Of a stretch of 64,000 nucleotides of DNA, positions 1 to 10,718 are shown piece after piece. The notes under the pieces were generated by a model. The model did not search any database and had not been told where the DNA came from. It saw only the letters and a program-made list of their open reading frames with translations. Each line of letters starts with the position of its first letter. Position 1 is the stretch's first letter. The translations under genes were made by a program, and so were the position numbers. Origin of the DNA: Bacilli bacterium (GTDB lineage: Bacteria; Bacillota_I; Bacilli_A; RFN20; CAG-826); the NCBI GenBank assembly GCA_045631885.1, contig JAZQVN010000013.1, forward strand, positions 21,242 through 85,241, written 5' to 3'.

Positions 1-628
1 CACGGCAGATCCAAACTTTGACACCTAAGCGACCATATTGTGTCGCGGCTTCGGTTTTCGCATAGTCGATATCGCTTCTTAAGGTATGAAGAGGAATGAT
101 ACCTTCTTTATAGCCTTCACTTCTAGCGATATCCGCGCCACCTAAACGGCCAGAAACTAATGTTCTGATACCTTTCGCGCCAGCTTTACGGACTCTTTGG
201 ATAGCTTTCTTTTGGACGCTTCTGAAACTTGCTCTTTCTTCTAATTGTTTGGCGATAGATTCGGCAACAATTGTCGCGTCTAAGTCAGGATTTTTCACTT
301 CTTGGACGTCGACTCTGACATCAGAGCCTTTCAAAATCTTATTTAAATCTTCTTTAATTTTATTAATGGTTTTGCCATCTTGACCGATGACAACGCCTGG
401 TCTGGCAACGTGGATGGAAACCACGACTTTTTGACCGGCTTCTGCTTTGCTTCTTTCGATGACGACATGAGAGAGCATAGCTTCTTTGAGGTTCTTTTCG
501 AGATATTTACGAACTTTGATATCTTCGTTGAGGAAGACATGGAATTCTTTGTCATCAGCAAACCAACGAGAATTCCAATCCTTGTTGATGCCAATACGCA
601 TTCCAACTGGACTTACTTTTTGACCCAT
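1..628 (-). CDS. rpsC: 30S ribosomal protein S3, partial (3' end lies beyond the window start)
   Basis: The reverse-strand translation from the ATG at 628 reads MGQKVSPVGMRIGINKDWNSRWFADDKEFHVFLNEDIKVRKYL...GRLGGADIARSEGYKEGIIPLHTLRSDIDYA, the canonical S3 N-terminus and KH domain. A GGAGG RBS lies 10 nt upstream. The gene is missing from the ORF track only because it has no stop inside the window. Confidence 0.9.
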   Translation of the reverse strand, partial: MGQKVSPVGMRIGINKDWNSRWFADDKEFHVFLNEDIKVRKYLEKNLKEAMLSHVVIERSKAEAGQKVVVSIHVARPGVVIGQDGKTINKIKEDLNKILKGSDVRVDVQEVKNPDLDATIVAESIAKQLEERASFRSVQKKAIQRVRKAGAKGIRTLVSGRLGGADIARSEGYKEGIIPLHTLRSDIDYAKTEAATQYGRLGVKVWICR

Positions 629-643
629 TTAATGTTTTCCTCC

Positions 644-1138
644 TTATCTCATTTTCACGACCACTGTTAAGTGGCATGATCTCTTCACTAAACCAGAAGC
701 TGAACCTTTCGCTCTTGGTAAGTATCTTTTCATTCTTAAGCCATCATTTGCGTAAATGGTTGCGACATATAATTTGTCTTCATCCATTCCGAAGTTGTTG
801 GTGGCGTTTGCCGCTGCGGATTTGATTAGTTTTGCAACTGGGACGCTGGCGGCTTTGTTGACGTTGGCTAAGATGCCTAATGCTTCTTTAACGTCTTTGC
901 CTCTCACTAAGTCAATGACAAGTCTCGCTTTGCGAGGAGTGACTCTGACGTTCTTAGCAATTGCTCTTGCTTCGGTTGGCATTGGTTTCTTTGGTGCTTC
1001 AACTTTAGCTGCTTTAGCGGCTTTTGCTGTTTTCTTTTCCGCTTTTGGTGCGGCGGCTTCTGTAACAGGAGCTTCTTCAGTGACTGGAGCAGCAGCTTTA
1101 GCTCTTGGCTTGCGTGCGACTTTCTTTTCTTCTGCCAT
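644..1138 (-). CDS. rplV: 50S ribosomal protein L22 with a Lys/Ala/Glu-rich N-terminal extension
   Basis: The C-terminal core ...KNVRVTPRKARLVIDLVRGKDVKEALGIL...CHLTVVV is typical L22. It sits in S10-operon order between rpsS and rpsC. A GGAGG RBS precedes it. Confidence 0.9.
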   Translation of the reverse strand: MAEEKKVARKPRAKAAAPVTEEAPVTEAAAPKAEKKTAKAAKAAKVEAPKKPMPTEARAIAKNVRVTPRKARLVIDLVRGKDVKEALGILANVNKAASVPVAKLIKSAAANATNNFGMDEDKLYVATIYANDGLRMKRYLPRAKGSASGLVKRSCHLTVVVKMR

Positions 1139-1152
1139 GATAATTCCTCCTA

Positions 1153-1446
1153 TTACTTACCGGCGTTCGCTGCTTTATCTTCAGCAGTGTGGCCTGTGTG
1201 TCCAGTGAATTTTCTTGTTGGGGAGAATTCACCTAACTTATGTCCGACCATATCTTCTGTGACATACACAGAGATGTGTTCTTTACCATTGTAGACCGCG
1301 AAGGTGTGGCCAACGAATGATGGATAAATGGTTGAACGACGGGACCATGTTTTGATGATCTCTTTTTTGTTACTAGCGTTTAATGCTTCGACTTTCTTCA
1401 TTAATGAAGCATCGACGAATGCGCCTTTTTTCAAACTTCTAGACAT
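1153..1446 (-). CDS. rpsS: 30S ribosomal protein S19
   Basis: [12 protein letters not shown]...[28 protein letters not shown] is an S19 signature. The ATG at 1446 has a GGAGG RBS with an 8-nt spacer. The ATG at 1452 is too close to the RBS. Confidence 0.9.
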   Translation of the reverse strand: MSRSLKKGAFVDASLMKKVEALNASNKKEIIKTWSRRSTIYPSFVGHTFAVYNGKEHISVYVTEDMVGHKLGEFSPTRKFTGHTGHTAEDKAANAGK

Positions 1447-1467
1447 ATTCATTTCCTCCTTCTGCGA

Positions 1468-2301
1468 TTATTTGCCGTTGCGTCTACGGACGATTAATTT
1501 ATTTGACGCTTTCTTTTGGTTACGGGTTTTGACGCCTAACGCACGTTTACCCCAAGGTGTACGTGGAGCATCTCTACCAACAGGACATTTACCTTCACCA
1601 CCACCATGTGGGTGATCAACTGGGTTCATAACGGAACCACGGACTGTTGGTCTAGTACCTAACCATCTTGTTTTACCGGCCTTACCATTATTGATAAGGT
1701 TCCAGTCTTCGTTACCGACAAAGCCGATTGTGGCACGGCAGTTGCCGAGAATCTTTCTCACTTCACCAGAAGCGAGTCTGACCATGACGTATTTTCCTTC
1801 GGAACCGAGGACTTGAGCTGCTGTACCAGCGGCACGGCAGAGTTGTCCACCCTTACCAGGTTCTAATTCAACGTTGTGAATGAAGGTACCTTCAGGAATG
1901 CTCTTTAAGCACATAGCGTTACCAGGAATAACATCGCAGGCAACACCGGAAATAACTTTGTATCCGACTTTGATATCTTTTGGTGCGAGAATGTATCTCT
2001 TTTCACCATCGGCGTAACAAACTAAGCAAATGTTAGCGTTACGGTTTGGATCATACTCGATAGTTTTCACGACCGCTGGGATATCATCTTTATTACGTTT
2101 GAAGTCAATAACACGATATTTGCGTTTATGACCTCCACCAATGTGGCGGCAGGTGATTTTACCTTGATTATTTCTTCCGCCTGTTTTGGATAAACTGACT
2201 AATAAGCTTTTCTCAGGAGTATTGGTAGTGATTTCACTGAATGTCGAGTTGGTCATGTTTCTACGGCTTGGTGTCGTAGGTTTGTAAGTTCTAATAGACA
2301 T
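1468..2301 (-). CDS. rplB: 50S ribosomal protein L2
   Basis: ...[15 protein letters not shown]...[17 protein letters not shown]... are classic L2 motifs. A GGAGG RBS has an 8-nt spacer. Confidence 0.95.
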   Translation of the reverse strand: MSIRTYKPTTPSRRNMTNSTFSEITTNTPEKSLLVSLSKTGGRNNQGKITCRHIGGGHKRKYRVIDFKRNKDDIPAVVKTIEYDPNRNANICLVCYADGEKRYILAPKDIKVGYKVISGVACDVIPGNAMCLKSIPEGTFIHNVELEPGKGGQLCRAAGTAAQVLGSEGKYVMVRLASGEVRKILGNCRATIGFVGNEDWNLINNGKAGKTRWLGTRPTVRGSVMNPVDHPHGGGEGKCPVGRDAPRTPWGKRALGVKTRNQKKASNKLIVRRRNGK

Positions 2302-2341
2302 TACTTTTTCCTCCTATAATTTGAATAGTTTGAACTTTTAA

Positions 2342-2683
2342 CTATTCTTTGAATAAGTCAATCGCTTCGCCTTCTGCGATGGTAACGACTGCTTTCTTAT
2401 AACCGGAGATCTTACCTTGGTAACGGGTGCCTCTGGTTGTTAATTTGGTCTTAACATTGGAGATTGTGACATCCAAGACTTTGACTTGGAAGATTCTCTC
2501 AAACGCTAATTTGACTTCTGTCTTATTCGCGTCTGGTAAGACTTTTAATGTTACTTTGTTTTCGTTTTGCATTAACGCCATTGATTTCTCAGTGATGATT
2601 GGCTTAACGATAACTTCGTAATCTCTTTGGGTAGCTTTTGGGAAGCTTGGTTTAGCTTCAACAACTTTCTTTGTTCTGGCCAT
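2342..2683 (-). CDS. rplW: 50S ribosomal protein L23
   Basis: Called from size, position between rplD and rplB, and the L23-like sequence (..VIVKPIITEKS...). Confidence 0.9.
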   Translation of the reverse strand: MARTKKVVEAKPSFPKATQRDYEVIVKPIITEKSMALMQNENKVTLKVLPDANKTEVKLAFERIFQVKVLDVTISNVKTKLTTRGTRYQGKISGYKKAVVTIAEGEAIDLFKE

Positions 2684-2684
2684 A

Positions 2685-3320
2685 TTACTTTAATGCCTCC
2701 TCAACTGCTTTAACCGCTTCAAGGCTGATGACTAAGTTGTCAGCATTTAATAAGTCGAGAACGCTTAAGTTATCTTTTGTAACAACTCTGGCGTAGCCAA
2801 CATTTCTGCAGCTTCCAACTAAGTTTTCATCTAATTCAGAGACGACGACTAAGGATTTCTTATTCGCTTGTAATGCATCGAGCATTGCGACGAAGTTCTT
2901 TGTCTTCTTTTCGGTGAATTTGATTTCATCAACAACGATTAATCCTTCTTTGGCTTTTAAGCTGAGAGCGGATTTAACCGCGAGAGCGTGTTCTTTCTTG
3001 TTTTGGGAAATCTTGTAGTTTTGATTTCCAACTGGTCCGAAGACCGTTCCACCACCAACCCAAACAGGTGAGCGGGTTGTACCAGCACGAGCGCGGCCAG
3101 TACCTTTTTGACGGAATGGCTTTTTGCCACCGCCACTCACTTCGTGACGAACTTTTGTTTTAGCTGTCGCTTGGCGAGAATTGCTTTGTTCAACTTGAAC
3201 AGCGTCGAACATAGCTTGGTTATGAGGTTCAATTCCGAAGACAGAAGCGCTTAAGCCTAATTTTGAGACTTCTTCGCCCTTCATGTTAAGGACTTTGACA
3301 TTGATTTTCTTTTCTGCCAT
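2685..3320 (-). CDS. rplD: 50S ribosomal protein L4
   Basis: GGGKKPFRQKGTGRARAGTTRSPVWVGGG is the L4 signature. Confidence 0.9.
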   Translation of the reverse strand: MAEKKINVKVLNMKGEEVSKLGLSASVFGIEPHNQAMFDAVQVEQSNSRQATAKTKVRHEVSGGGKKPFRQKGTGRARAGTTRSPVWVGGGTVFGPVGNQNYKISQNKKEHALAVKSALSLKAKEGLIVVDEIKFTEKKTKNFVAMLDALQANKKSLVVVSELDENLVGSCRNVGYARVVTKDNLSVLDLLNADNLVISLEAVKAVEEALK

Positions 3321-3341
3321 AACTTTGTTCTCCTTTCTGTT

Positions 3342-4076
3342 CTATTCTTTTGGTTCTTCAGCGGCTGGAGCAGCTTCAACTGGAGCTTCTTCAACGACTG
3401 GCGCTGGAGTGCGATCGATTAAGGTCTTTGCTTGTTCTGGATGTTTGACTTCCTTAACAGCGCTTCTAATTGTCACGATGGACTTCTTAGGACCTGGGAT
3501 ACCACCTTTAATTAAGATGTAGCCTTTTTCCGCGTTGACATCGACAACTAAGAGGTTGAGGATTGTCACGGATTCATTTCCCCAGTGACCAGACATGTGT
3601 TTGCCTGGCATAACGCCGTGGTTGTAACGACCATTGTTAGCGAAGGTACCTTGACCTCTGTGGTAACCTGAACCATGGCCTTTTGGACCGATGTGTTGGT
3701 TCCATCTCTTAATAACGCCACTATAGCCATGACCTTTTCCTGTACCGATGACATCGACGATATCACCTTTCTTGAAGAGGTCAGCGGTGATTAAGTCACC
3801 TAATTTGTAGTTGGCCATTTCGTCACCACGTAATTCTTTACTAACTTCATGTGGAACTGTGCCGGCTTTCTTAGCAATACCTAATTCTGGTTTGTTAGCG
3901 CGGCTTTCTTTCTTTTCTTCGTAGCCAACTTGAACTGCCACATAACCGTCTTTTTCGACTGTCTTAACTTGTGTGACAACGTTTGGTAAGACTTCAACGA
4001 CGGTAACTGGATACATGGTGCCATCTTCAGCGAAGACTTCTGTCATGCCCATTTTACGACCTAAAATTGCTTTCAT
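3342..4076 (-). CDS. rplC: 50S ribosomal protein L3 with an Ala/Pro/Glu-rich C-terminal tail
   Basis: MKAILGRKMGMTEVF...GKGHGYSGVIKRWNQH is the L3 signature. The tail APVVEEAPVEAAPAAEEPKE is a lineage-typical extension. Confidence 0.9.
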   Translation of the reverse strand: MKAILGRKMGMTEVFAEDGTMYPVTVVEVLPNVVTQVKTVEKDGYVAVQVGYEEKKESRANKPELGIAKKAGTVPHEVSKELRGDEMANYKLGDLITADLFKKGDIVDVIGTGKGHGYSGVIKRWNQHIGPKGHGSGYHRGQGTFANNGRYNHGVMPGKHMSGHWGNESVTILNLLVVDVNAEKGYILIKGGIPGPKKSIVTIRSAVKEVKHPEQAKTLIDRTPAPVVEEAPVEAAPAAEEPKE

Positions 4077-4090
4077 TTCGTCTTACCTCC

Positions 4091-4402
4091 TTATAATTTG
4101 AATTCGATATCAACTCCTGCTGCGAGATCGAGATTCTTGAGAGCATCAATTGTCTCTTTCTTTGGATTTAAGATATCGATGATACGTTTGTGTGTTCTGA
4201 TTTCGAATTGTTCACGGGAATCCTTATATTTGTGAACAGCTCTTAAAATCGTATAAACTTGTTTTTCCGTGGGTAGCGGAATAGGACCCACAACGGTAGC
4301 CCCAGTCTTTTTCGCTGCTGCGACGATCTTTTCAGCGGCAACATCTAAGTTGACGTGATCGTAAGCTTGTAAGCGAACCCTGATTTTGGTAGCTTTTGCC
4401 AT
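4091..4402 (-). CDS. rpsJ: 30S ribosomal protein S10
   Basis: [16 protein letters not shown]...[35 protein letters not shown] is the S10 signature. Confidence 0.95.
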   Translation of the reverse strand: MAKATKIRVRLQAYDHVNLDVAAEKIVAAAKKTGATVVGPIPLPTEKQVYTILRAVHKYKDSREQFEIRTHKRIIDILNPKKETIDALKNLDLAAGVDIEFKL

Positions 4403-4530
4403 GAATTGAATTTCCTCCTATCACTTTCAGGCTTTGACTTGTCTCTCTACTTGCGAATTACCTGATGACACCTTCATGACAACGCTTGTGGGTGTATCAG
4501 CAACCTCGCACATCAACGCGAGCAGTCAAC
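4403..4530 (-). promoter_or_regulatory. 5' untranslated leader of the S10 operon with predicted stem-loops
   Basis: The leader runs from the predicted TSS to the rpsJ RBS. It contains the hairpin CUCGC-GUUGAUGU-GCGAG and a direct TGTCAT repeat. It is a plausible site for autogenous r-protein control. Confidence 0.4.
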
Positions 4531-4536
4531 GTTCAA

Positions 4537-4565
4537 ATCATACCCCCTTCGCGTATATGTGTCAA
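4537..4565 (-). promoter_or_regulatory. Sigma-A type promoter of the S10 operon (-35 TTGACA, 17-nt spacer, -10 TATGAT)
   Basis: Reading the minus strand gives TTGACA-catatacgcgaaggggg-TATGAT. The hexamers map to plus coordinates 4565..4560 and 4542..4537. The promoter lies about 130 nt upstream of the rpsJ ATG. Confidence 0.6.
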
Positions 4566-4869
4566 TAATATTTTTAAATAAATTAAAAGAAAAGAAATTG
4601 GGCACGTAAAATAACTATCGATAATTCGGTAATTTTTGCCTAAAAATATGGAGAGGAAACAACTTTTTACTAACAAAAAACCGATTTTTTTCGCTCATTT
4701 TTTGATATTTTTGACCTAAAAATCAGCAAGAAAAAGGCGATTAAAAAATGGTGATTTCCTATATATACTTAATTATCTTCTAAAACGTATGTTTATCAGG
4801 AAAATACCATATTTAATGCTTTGCATTATTTTGTGGATTTATTTTGTGTTTTGTTTTACAATAATTTTG

Positions 4870-5217
4870 TTCAACAAGCATAGCCTTTTAAACGCGCCAG
4901 CAGCCCAAGAATGAAATACTTCTAGAGTAGGCTCCGACTGACTAAAACGTGAGAAAGTGACTAATTTATGAACTGGTAAGATGGATGTGTTAGGTCTTAC
5001 CAATGTGGAAAGTATCGCCCAGCGTGATATGCGGGCATAAGTAGAAGGGGTCGCATGGTAGACGCTCTTATGTTCAAGATGATCACCGCGCTCCACACAG
5101 TTTTATCTGAGCATGTGGCCATCACGAGGATGATGAAACACCAGTAGCTATAGTTGATAGGGATATCTTCTGTTAGTTACACTAGGTGTTTTCATTATGG
5201 TGATGGCTTTTATTATC
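4870..5217 (+). ncRNA. Candidate structured non-coding RNA of about 350 nt with unknown family. It is GC-enriched and ends in a long terminator hairpin.
   Basis: Region 4890-5110 is about 48% GC against about 25% in the flanking intergenic DNA. It contains several stems, for example GGTAAGA-13nt-TCTTACC. A long imperfect hairpin spans 5117-5210, with outer stem GCCATCAC/GTGATGGC and inner arms GATGAAACACC/GGTGTTTTCATT, and is followed by TTTTATT. A possible -10 TACAAT sits at 4857-4862. No convincing ORF is present. Confidence 0.3.
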
Positions 5218-5408
5218 TCCTTTTGAGAACACTATGTTGTTCGAGTTTAAGAAAGGAGATTTTTTAATGGAAAGAGTGACCATAAATAACAGTGGTTAAT
5301 TAATGCCGAAGCAGGATTAATTTGGCAGTTTTATACAATGTATAAATTTTAAAAATGGATTAGCAACAACTTGTTGCAGAATCAACCGATAAATAAGGAG
5401 GATAGCTA

Positions 5409-7016
5409 TTGAGAGAAGCATTACGAAAACTAGGGTTAAACAACCGCTACAGATTTGAAGCCGTATTTTCCCGATTTGCCACTACACAAGAACATATTGA
5501 AGGGAAAGAGGCAATTCTTCTATTGGATGTAAAAAGAGGAAACAAATTAGTAGCCAACCATCTTTGGTTATGTAGAATCCAAGAATTCAAAAAACTGAAT
5601 TTGAAAGAGGGAGATATAGTCTCATTCACAGCCCGAATCAATATGTATAGAAGATTCAAAAATCAAAGAAAACTAATCGATTTTGGATTATCAAATCCAA
5701 TGCATGTTTATAAAGTCAACAAGGAGGAAATTACAATGACTGAAAACACAAACTTAGTCACAAAAGTATACGTGACAAACAAATTTAAGCTAGAGGTAAA
5801 TTTAGATCTACAAGAGAGAGAATTTTGGCTTTCCCAAGAAGAACTAAGCTTAATTTTTGATACGCCATCAAAGACAATTTACAGAATTCTTTTGGAAATA
5901 GAAAAAAGCGTAAAATCTACCCTACAGACCCCAAAAATGAGAATTATGAAAAATGGAAGGAAGGTTAATGCTTATAGTTCATATTTCTTCAAAGAACTAA
6001 ACAAGAGATTTGCAAATGAAATAAGCAGAGATTTTGAAAACTGGGTAAAATTGATATTTCAAACTGAAGAATTAAATTCATACGAAATAGTTACATTTAA
6101 TCAAGATAATTTATCGCTTGATATTCGCATTTCTCCAGATCATGAAACGGTTTGGATGAACCAAGATGAAATTGCTGAATTGTTCGGAACAGTAAGAACA
6201 AATATAACCACTCACATTAACAATATTTTTGAACAAAGTGAGTTAGAAAAAGTTTCAGTTCGTCAATTTTTCTTACAAACTGGAAACGACGGAAAACAAT
6301 ATGAGGTCGAATACTACAATTTGGATATGATTTTGTCCATTGGCTATCGTGTTAATTCAAAACGCGGTATCGCATTTAGAAAATGGGCAAATCAAATCTT
6401 GAAAGACTATTTAATTAAAGGTTACGCGCTCAATGAAAAGAGATTGACTTCACTTGGCAAAACAGTTGAAATCCAAAACAAAATGCTAGCCAGTTCTCTT
6501 GGTGTTGATTATCAAGAGCTTTCAAATGTAATTGGCGAATACACTCGAGCTTTAAATCTTTTGGATGACTATGATCATCAAGAACTAGTTAAGCCAAGTG
6601 GGAACAAAACAACTTATCAATTAACTTATGAAGATGCTAGAAACATTATCAATAAAATGGAATTCAACAAAACATCCGATTTATTTGGTAGAGAAAAGGA
6701 AGAAGGGAAACTAGAAGGCATTTTAGCAGTCGTCCATCAATTTGTATTTGGACAAGAAGTTTATCCATCATTGGAAGAAAAAGCAGCCCATCTACTTTAC
6801 TTCCTAGTCAAAGACCATCCATTCTATGATGGTTGTAAAAGAATAGCGGCGACACTATTCCTTGAATTTTTAAATAGAAACGGCGCACTAGTCAAAAATG
6901 GACAATTAACCATTTCTAACGATGCATTAGTAGCAATCACATTATTGACTGCAGAAAGTAATCCTGATGAAATGGAAATTATCGTATCAGTAATTATGAA
7001 TCTCTTGGTTCATTAG
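5409..7016 (+). CDS. RhuM-family virulence-associated protein fused to a Fic/Doc domain, with a unique about 109-aa N-terminal extension (or an alternative start at 5736)
   Basis: ...IGYRVNSKRGIAFRKWANQILKDYLIKGY is the RhuM signature. The C-terminal ...HPFYDGCKR... is a Fic/Doc motif variant. A TTG start at 5409 has an AGGAGG RBS. An in-frame ATG at 5736 is preceded by a second strong AGGAGG with an 8-nt spacer. Confidence 0.8.
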   Translation: MREALRKLGLNNRYRFEAVFSRFATTQEHIEGKEAILLLDVKRGNKLVANHLWLCRIQEFKKLNLKEGDIVSFTARINMYRRFKNQRKLIDFGLSNPMHVYKVNKEEITMTENTNLVTKVYVTNKFKLEVNLDLQEREFWLSQEELSLIFDTPSKTIYRILLEIEKSVKSTLQTPKMRIMKNGRKVNAYSSYFFKELNKRFANEISRDFENWVKLIFQTEELNSYEIVTFNQDNLSLDIRISPDHETVWMNQDEIAELFGTVRTNITTHINNIFEQSELEKVSVRQFFLQTGNDGKQYEVEYYNLDMILSIGYRVNSKRGIAFRKWANQILKDYLIKGYALNEKRLTSLGKTVEIQNKMLASSLGVDYQELSNVIGEYTRALNLLDDYDHQELVKPSGNKTTYQLTYEDARNIINKMEFNKTSDLFGREKEEGKLEGILAVVHQFVFGQEVYPSLEEKAAHLLYFLVKDHPFYDGCKRIAATLFLEFLNRNGALVKNGQLTISNDALVAITLLTAESNPDEMEIIVSVIMNLLVH

Positions 7017-7028
7017 AAAAAGGGTGGC

Positions 7029-7664
7029 TTACTTGCCGCTCTTCTTTCTTAAATGGTCCTCATATGAATACCGACATCCACAATATTCTTGAAAATACAT
7101 TTCGTGTTCTCTAACTATCTTTAATGACTCTTCGTATCCGTTATTCTTTTTGAAATCCGCAGGGAGCCATTTTGTGTGTTTATGTTGCTCTTGTAATTCG
7201 TAGCCAATCTTGTTTAGCATCTGAGAATTCTTATATCTTGAAATACTCATCACAGTGCCAAAATAATCAAAACCATGTTCCTCTGCATAATCATATCCAA
7301 AGGTCAATCTTTTACGGTAACAAGCAAAGCATCTTTCGCCACCTTCTGGTATATCTTTAAGCGGTTCTAAATCTTTCATGTAGTTTAGATGATCGTATGG
7401 GAACTCAATGACTTTGATATCATCTCCAACTTCGGAAATGAATCTTTTGAGCTCTTCCTTCCTTCTGATATATTCCTCTTCAGGATAGATATTTGAGTTA
7501 TTGTAAATGATAGTTATATCAAAATAATCTTTAAGCTCTAAATGGGGAATGGTAAAACAAGGACCACAGCACGCGTGAATCAAAAGAGTGGGCTTTTTTC
7601 CACTATTTTTAATATTTTCAAGTAACTTTTGCAGTTCTTTTTGATAATTTATCTTATTTTCCAT
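7029..7664 (-). CDS. queH: Epoxyqueuosine reductase QueH (DUF208 family)
   Basis: [36 protein letters not shown] matches the QueH N-terminus, and the downstream CxxC and CGC cysteines are present. The longer ORF extends to 7685. Confidence 0.8.
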   Translation of the reverse strand: MENKINYQKELQKLLENIKNSGKKPTLLIHACCGPCFTIPHLELKDYFDITIIYNNSNIYPEEEYIRRKEELKRFISEVGDDIKVIEFPYDHLNYMKDLEPLKDIPEGGERCFACYRKRLTFGYDYAEEHGFDYFGTVMSISRYKNSQMLNKIGYELQEQHKHTKWLPADFKKNNGYEESLKIVREHEMYFQEYCGCRYSYEDHLRKKSGK

Positions 7665-8684
7665 AAATAAACATTGAATCTCCAAAAGAGAAGAATCGGT
7701 ATTTTTCTTCCACCGCGTGCTTATAAACTTCTAAGGTGAATTCGCGATCCATAAAGGCAGACACAAGCATAATTAAAGTTGACTTTGGTAAATGGAAGTT
7801 TGTAATCAACGCATCTACCACTTTAAAAGTATATCCTGGTTCAATAAAGATGTTTGTGCTTTCTTTTGTAGGTTTAAAACAACCATATTTAGAATAGTTA
7901 GCTTCCAGGGTTCTAACACTCGTTGTTCCAATTGCAATTATTCTCTTGCCACCGGCTTTAGCGGCGTTCAATTTCTCAGCTGATTCTTCACTAATCTCAT
8001 ACACTTCAGAATGCATGACATGATCTTTTGTATCTTGAACTTTAACAGGTCTAAATGTTCCTAAACCAATATGCAAAGTGACATCAATTACCTCCACTCC
8101 CATGGCTTTGATTTTCTCAAATAATTCCGGAGTGAAATGGAAACCCGCTGTTGGTGCGGCTGCGCTTCCCTCATATTTCGCATAGACAGTTTGATATCTA
8201 TCGTTTGAACACAATTGTTTAGCAATATAAGGTGGCAGAGGCATCTTACCTAATTGATCTAACACCTCGAGGAAAATACCTTGATAATGCATTTTAACAA
8301 TTCGAATGCCTTCTTCTTTCTCTTCAATGACTTCGGCGATAAGTTTTCCTTCACCAAAATCCACTCTAGCGCCCACTTTTAATGATTTAGCGGGTCTAGT
8401 TAGACACTCCCAGTTATCACCATCTAATTGTTTCAATAACAATAGTTCGCAGTGTGCTCCAGTTTTCTCTTTAACACCCAGTAATCTAGCAGGGATAACT
8501 TTTGTGTTATTTCTCACTAAAACATCGCCAGGTTTTAAATACTCTAAAATATTAAAAAAGTTCCTATCTTCATAGGTCTTGTTTCCATAATTAATTGCTA
8601 ATAAGCGAGAGTGATCTCTTTTCTCACAAGGTTTTTGGGCAATTAATTCTTCCGGAAGATAAAAGTCAAATAGATTAATATCCA

Positions 8685-8685
<1 letters not shown>
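7654..8685 (-). CDS. queA: S-adenosylmethionine:tRNA ribosyltransferase-isomerase
   Basis: [26 protein letters not shown] is the QueA N-terminal signature. It is 343 aa long and lies upstream of queH. Confidence 0.9.
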
Positions 8686-10716
<2,031 letters not shown>

Positions 10717-10718
10717 AA

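Noticed and set aside
343-1208. ORF-track entries 343..606(-), 380..670(+) and 756..1208(+) inside or antisense to rpsC/rplV
   Set aside because: They are out of frame or antisense to clearly identifiable ribosomal protein genes, have no protein-like composition and no RBS. The real rpsC frame was missed by the track only because it runs off the window.
4839-5096. 85-aa minus-strand ORF in the rpsJ-upstream region
   Set aside because: It has no RBS or promoter logic and atypical composition. It coincides with a GC-rich, heavily base-paired segment better explained as a structured RNA.
4870-5217. Tested whether the structured RNA is RNase P RNA, tmRNA, SRP RNA or a T-box leader
   Set aside because: The hallmark motifs were not found on either strand: GGAAAGUCC and ACAGAA for RNase P, the tRNA-like UUCGA T-arm and ANDENYALAA-type tag ORF for tmRNA, GGAAGCAGCC for SRP, and GGUGGnACCGCG for T-box. 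The family is left open.
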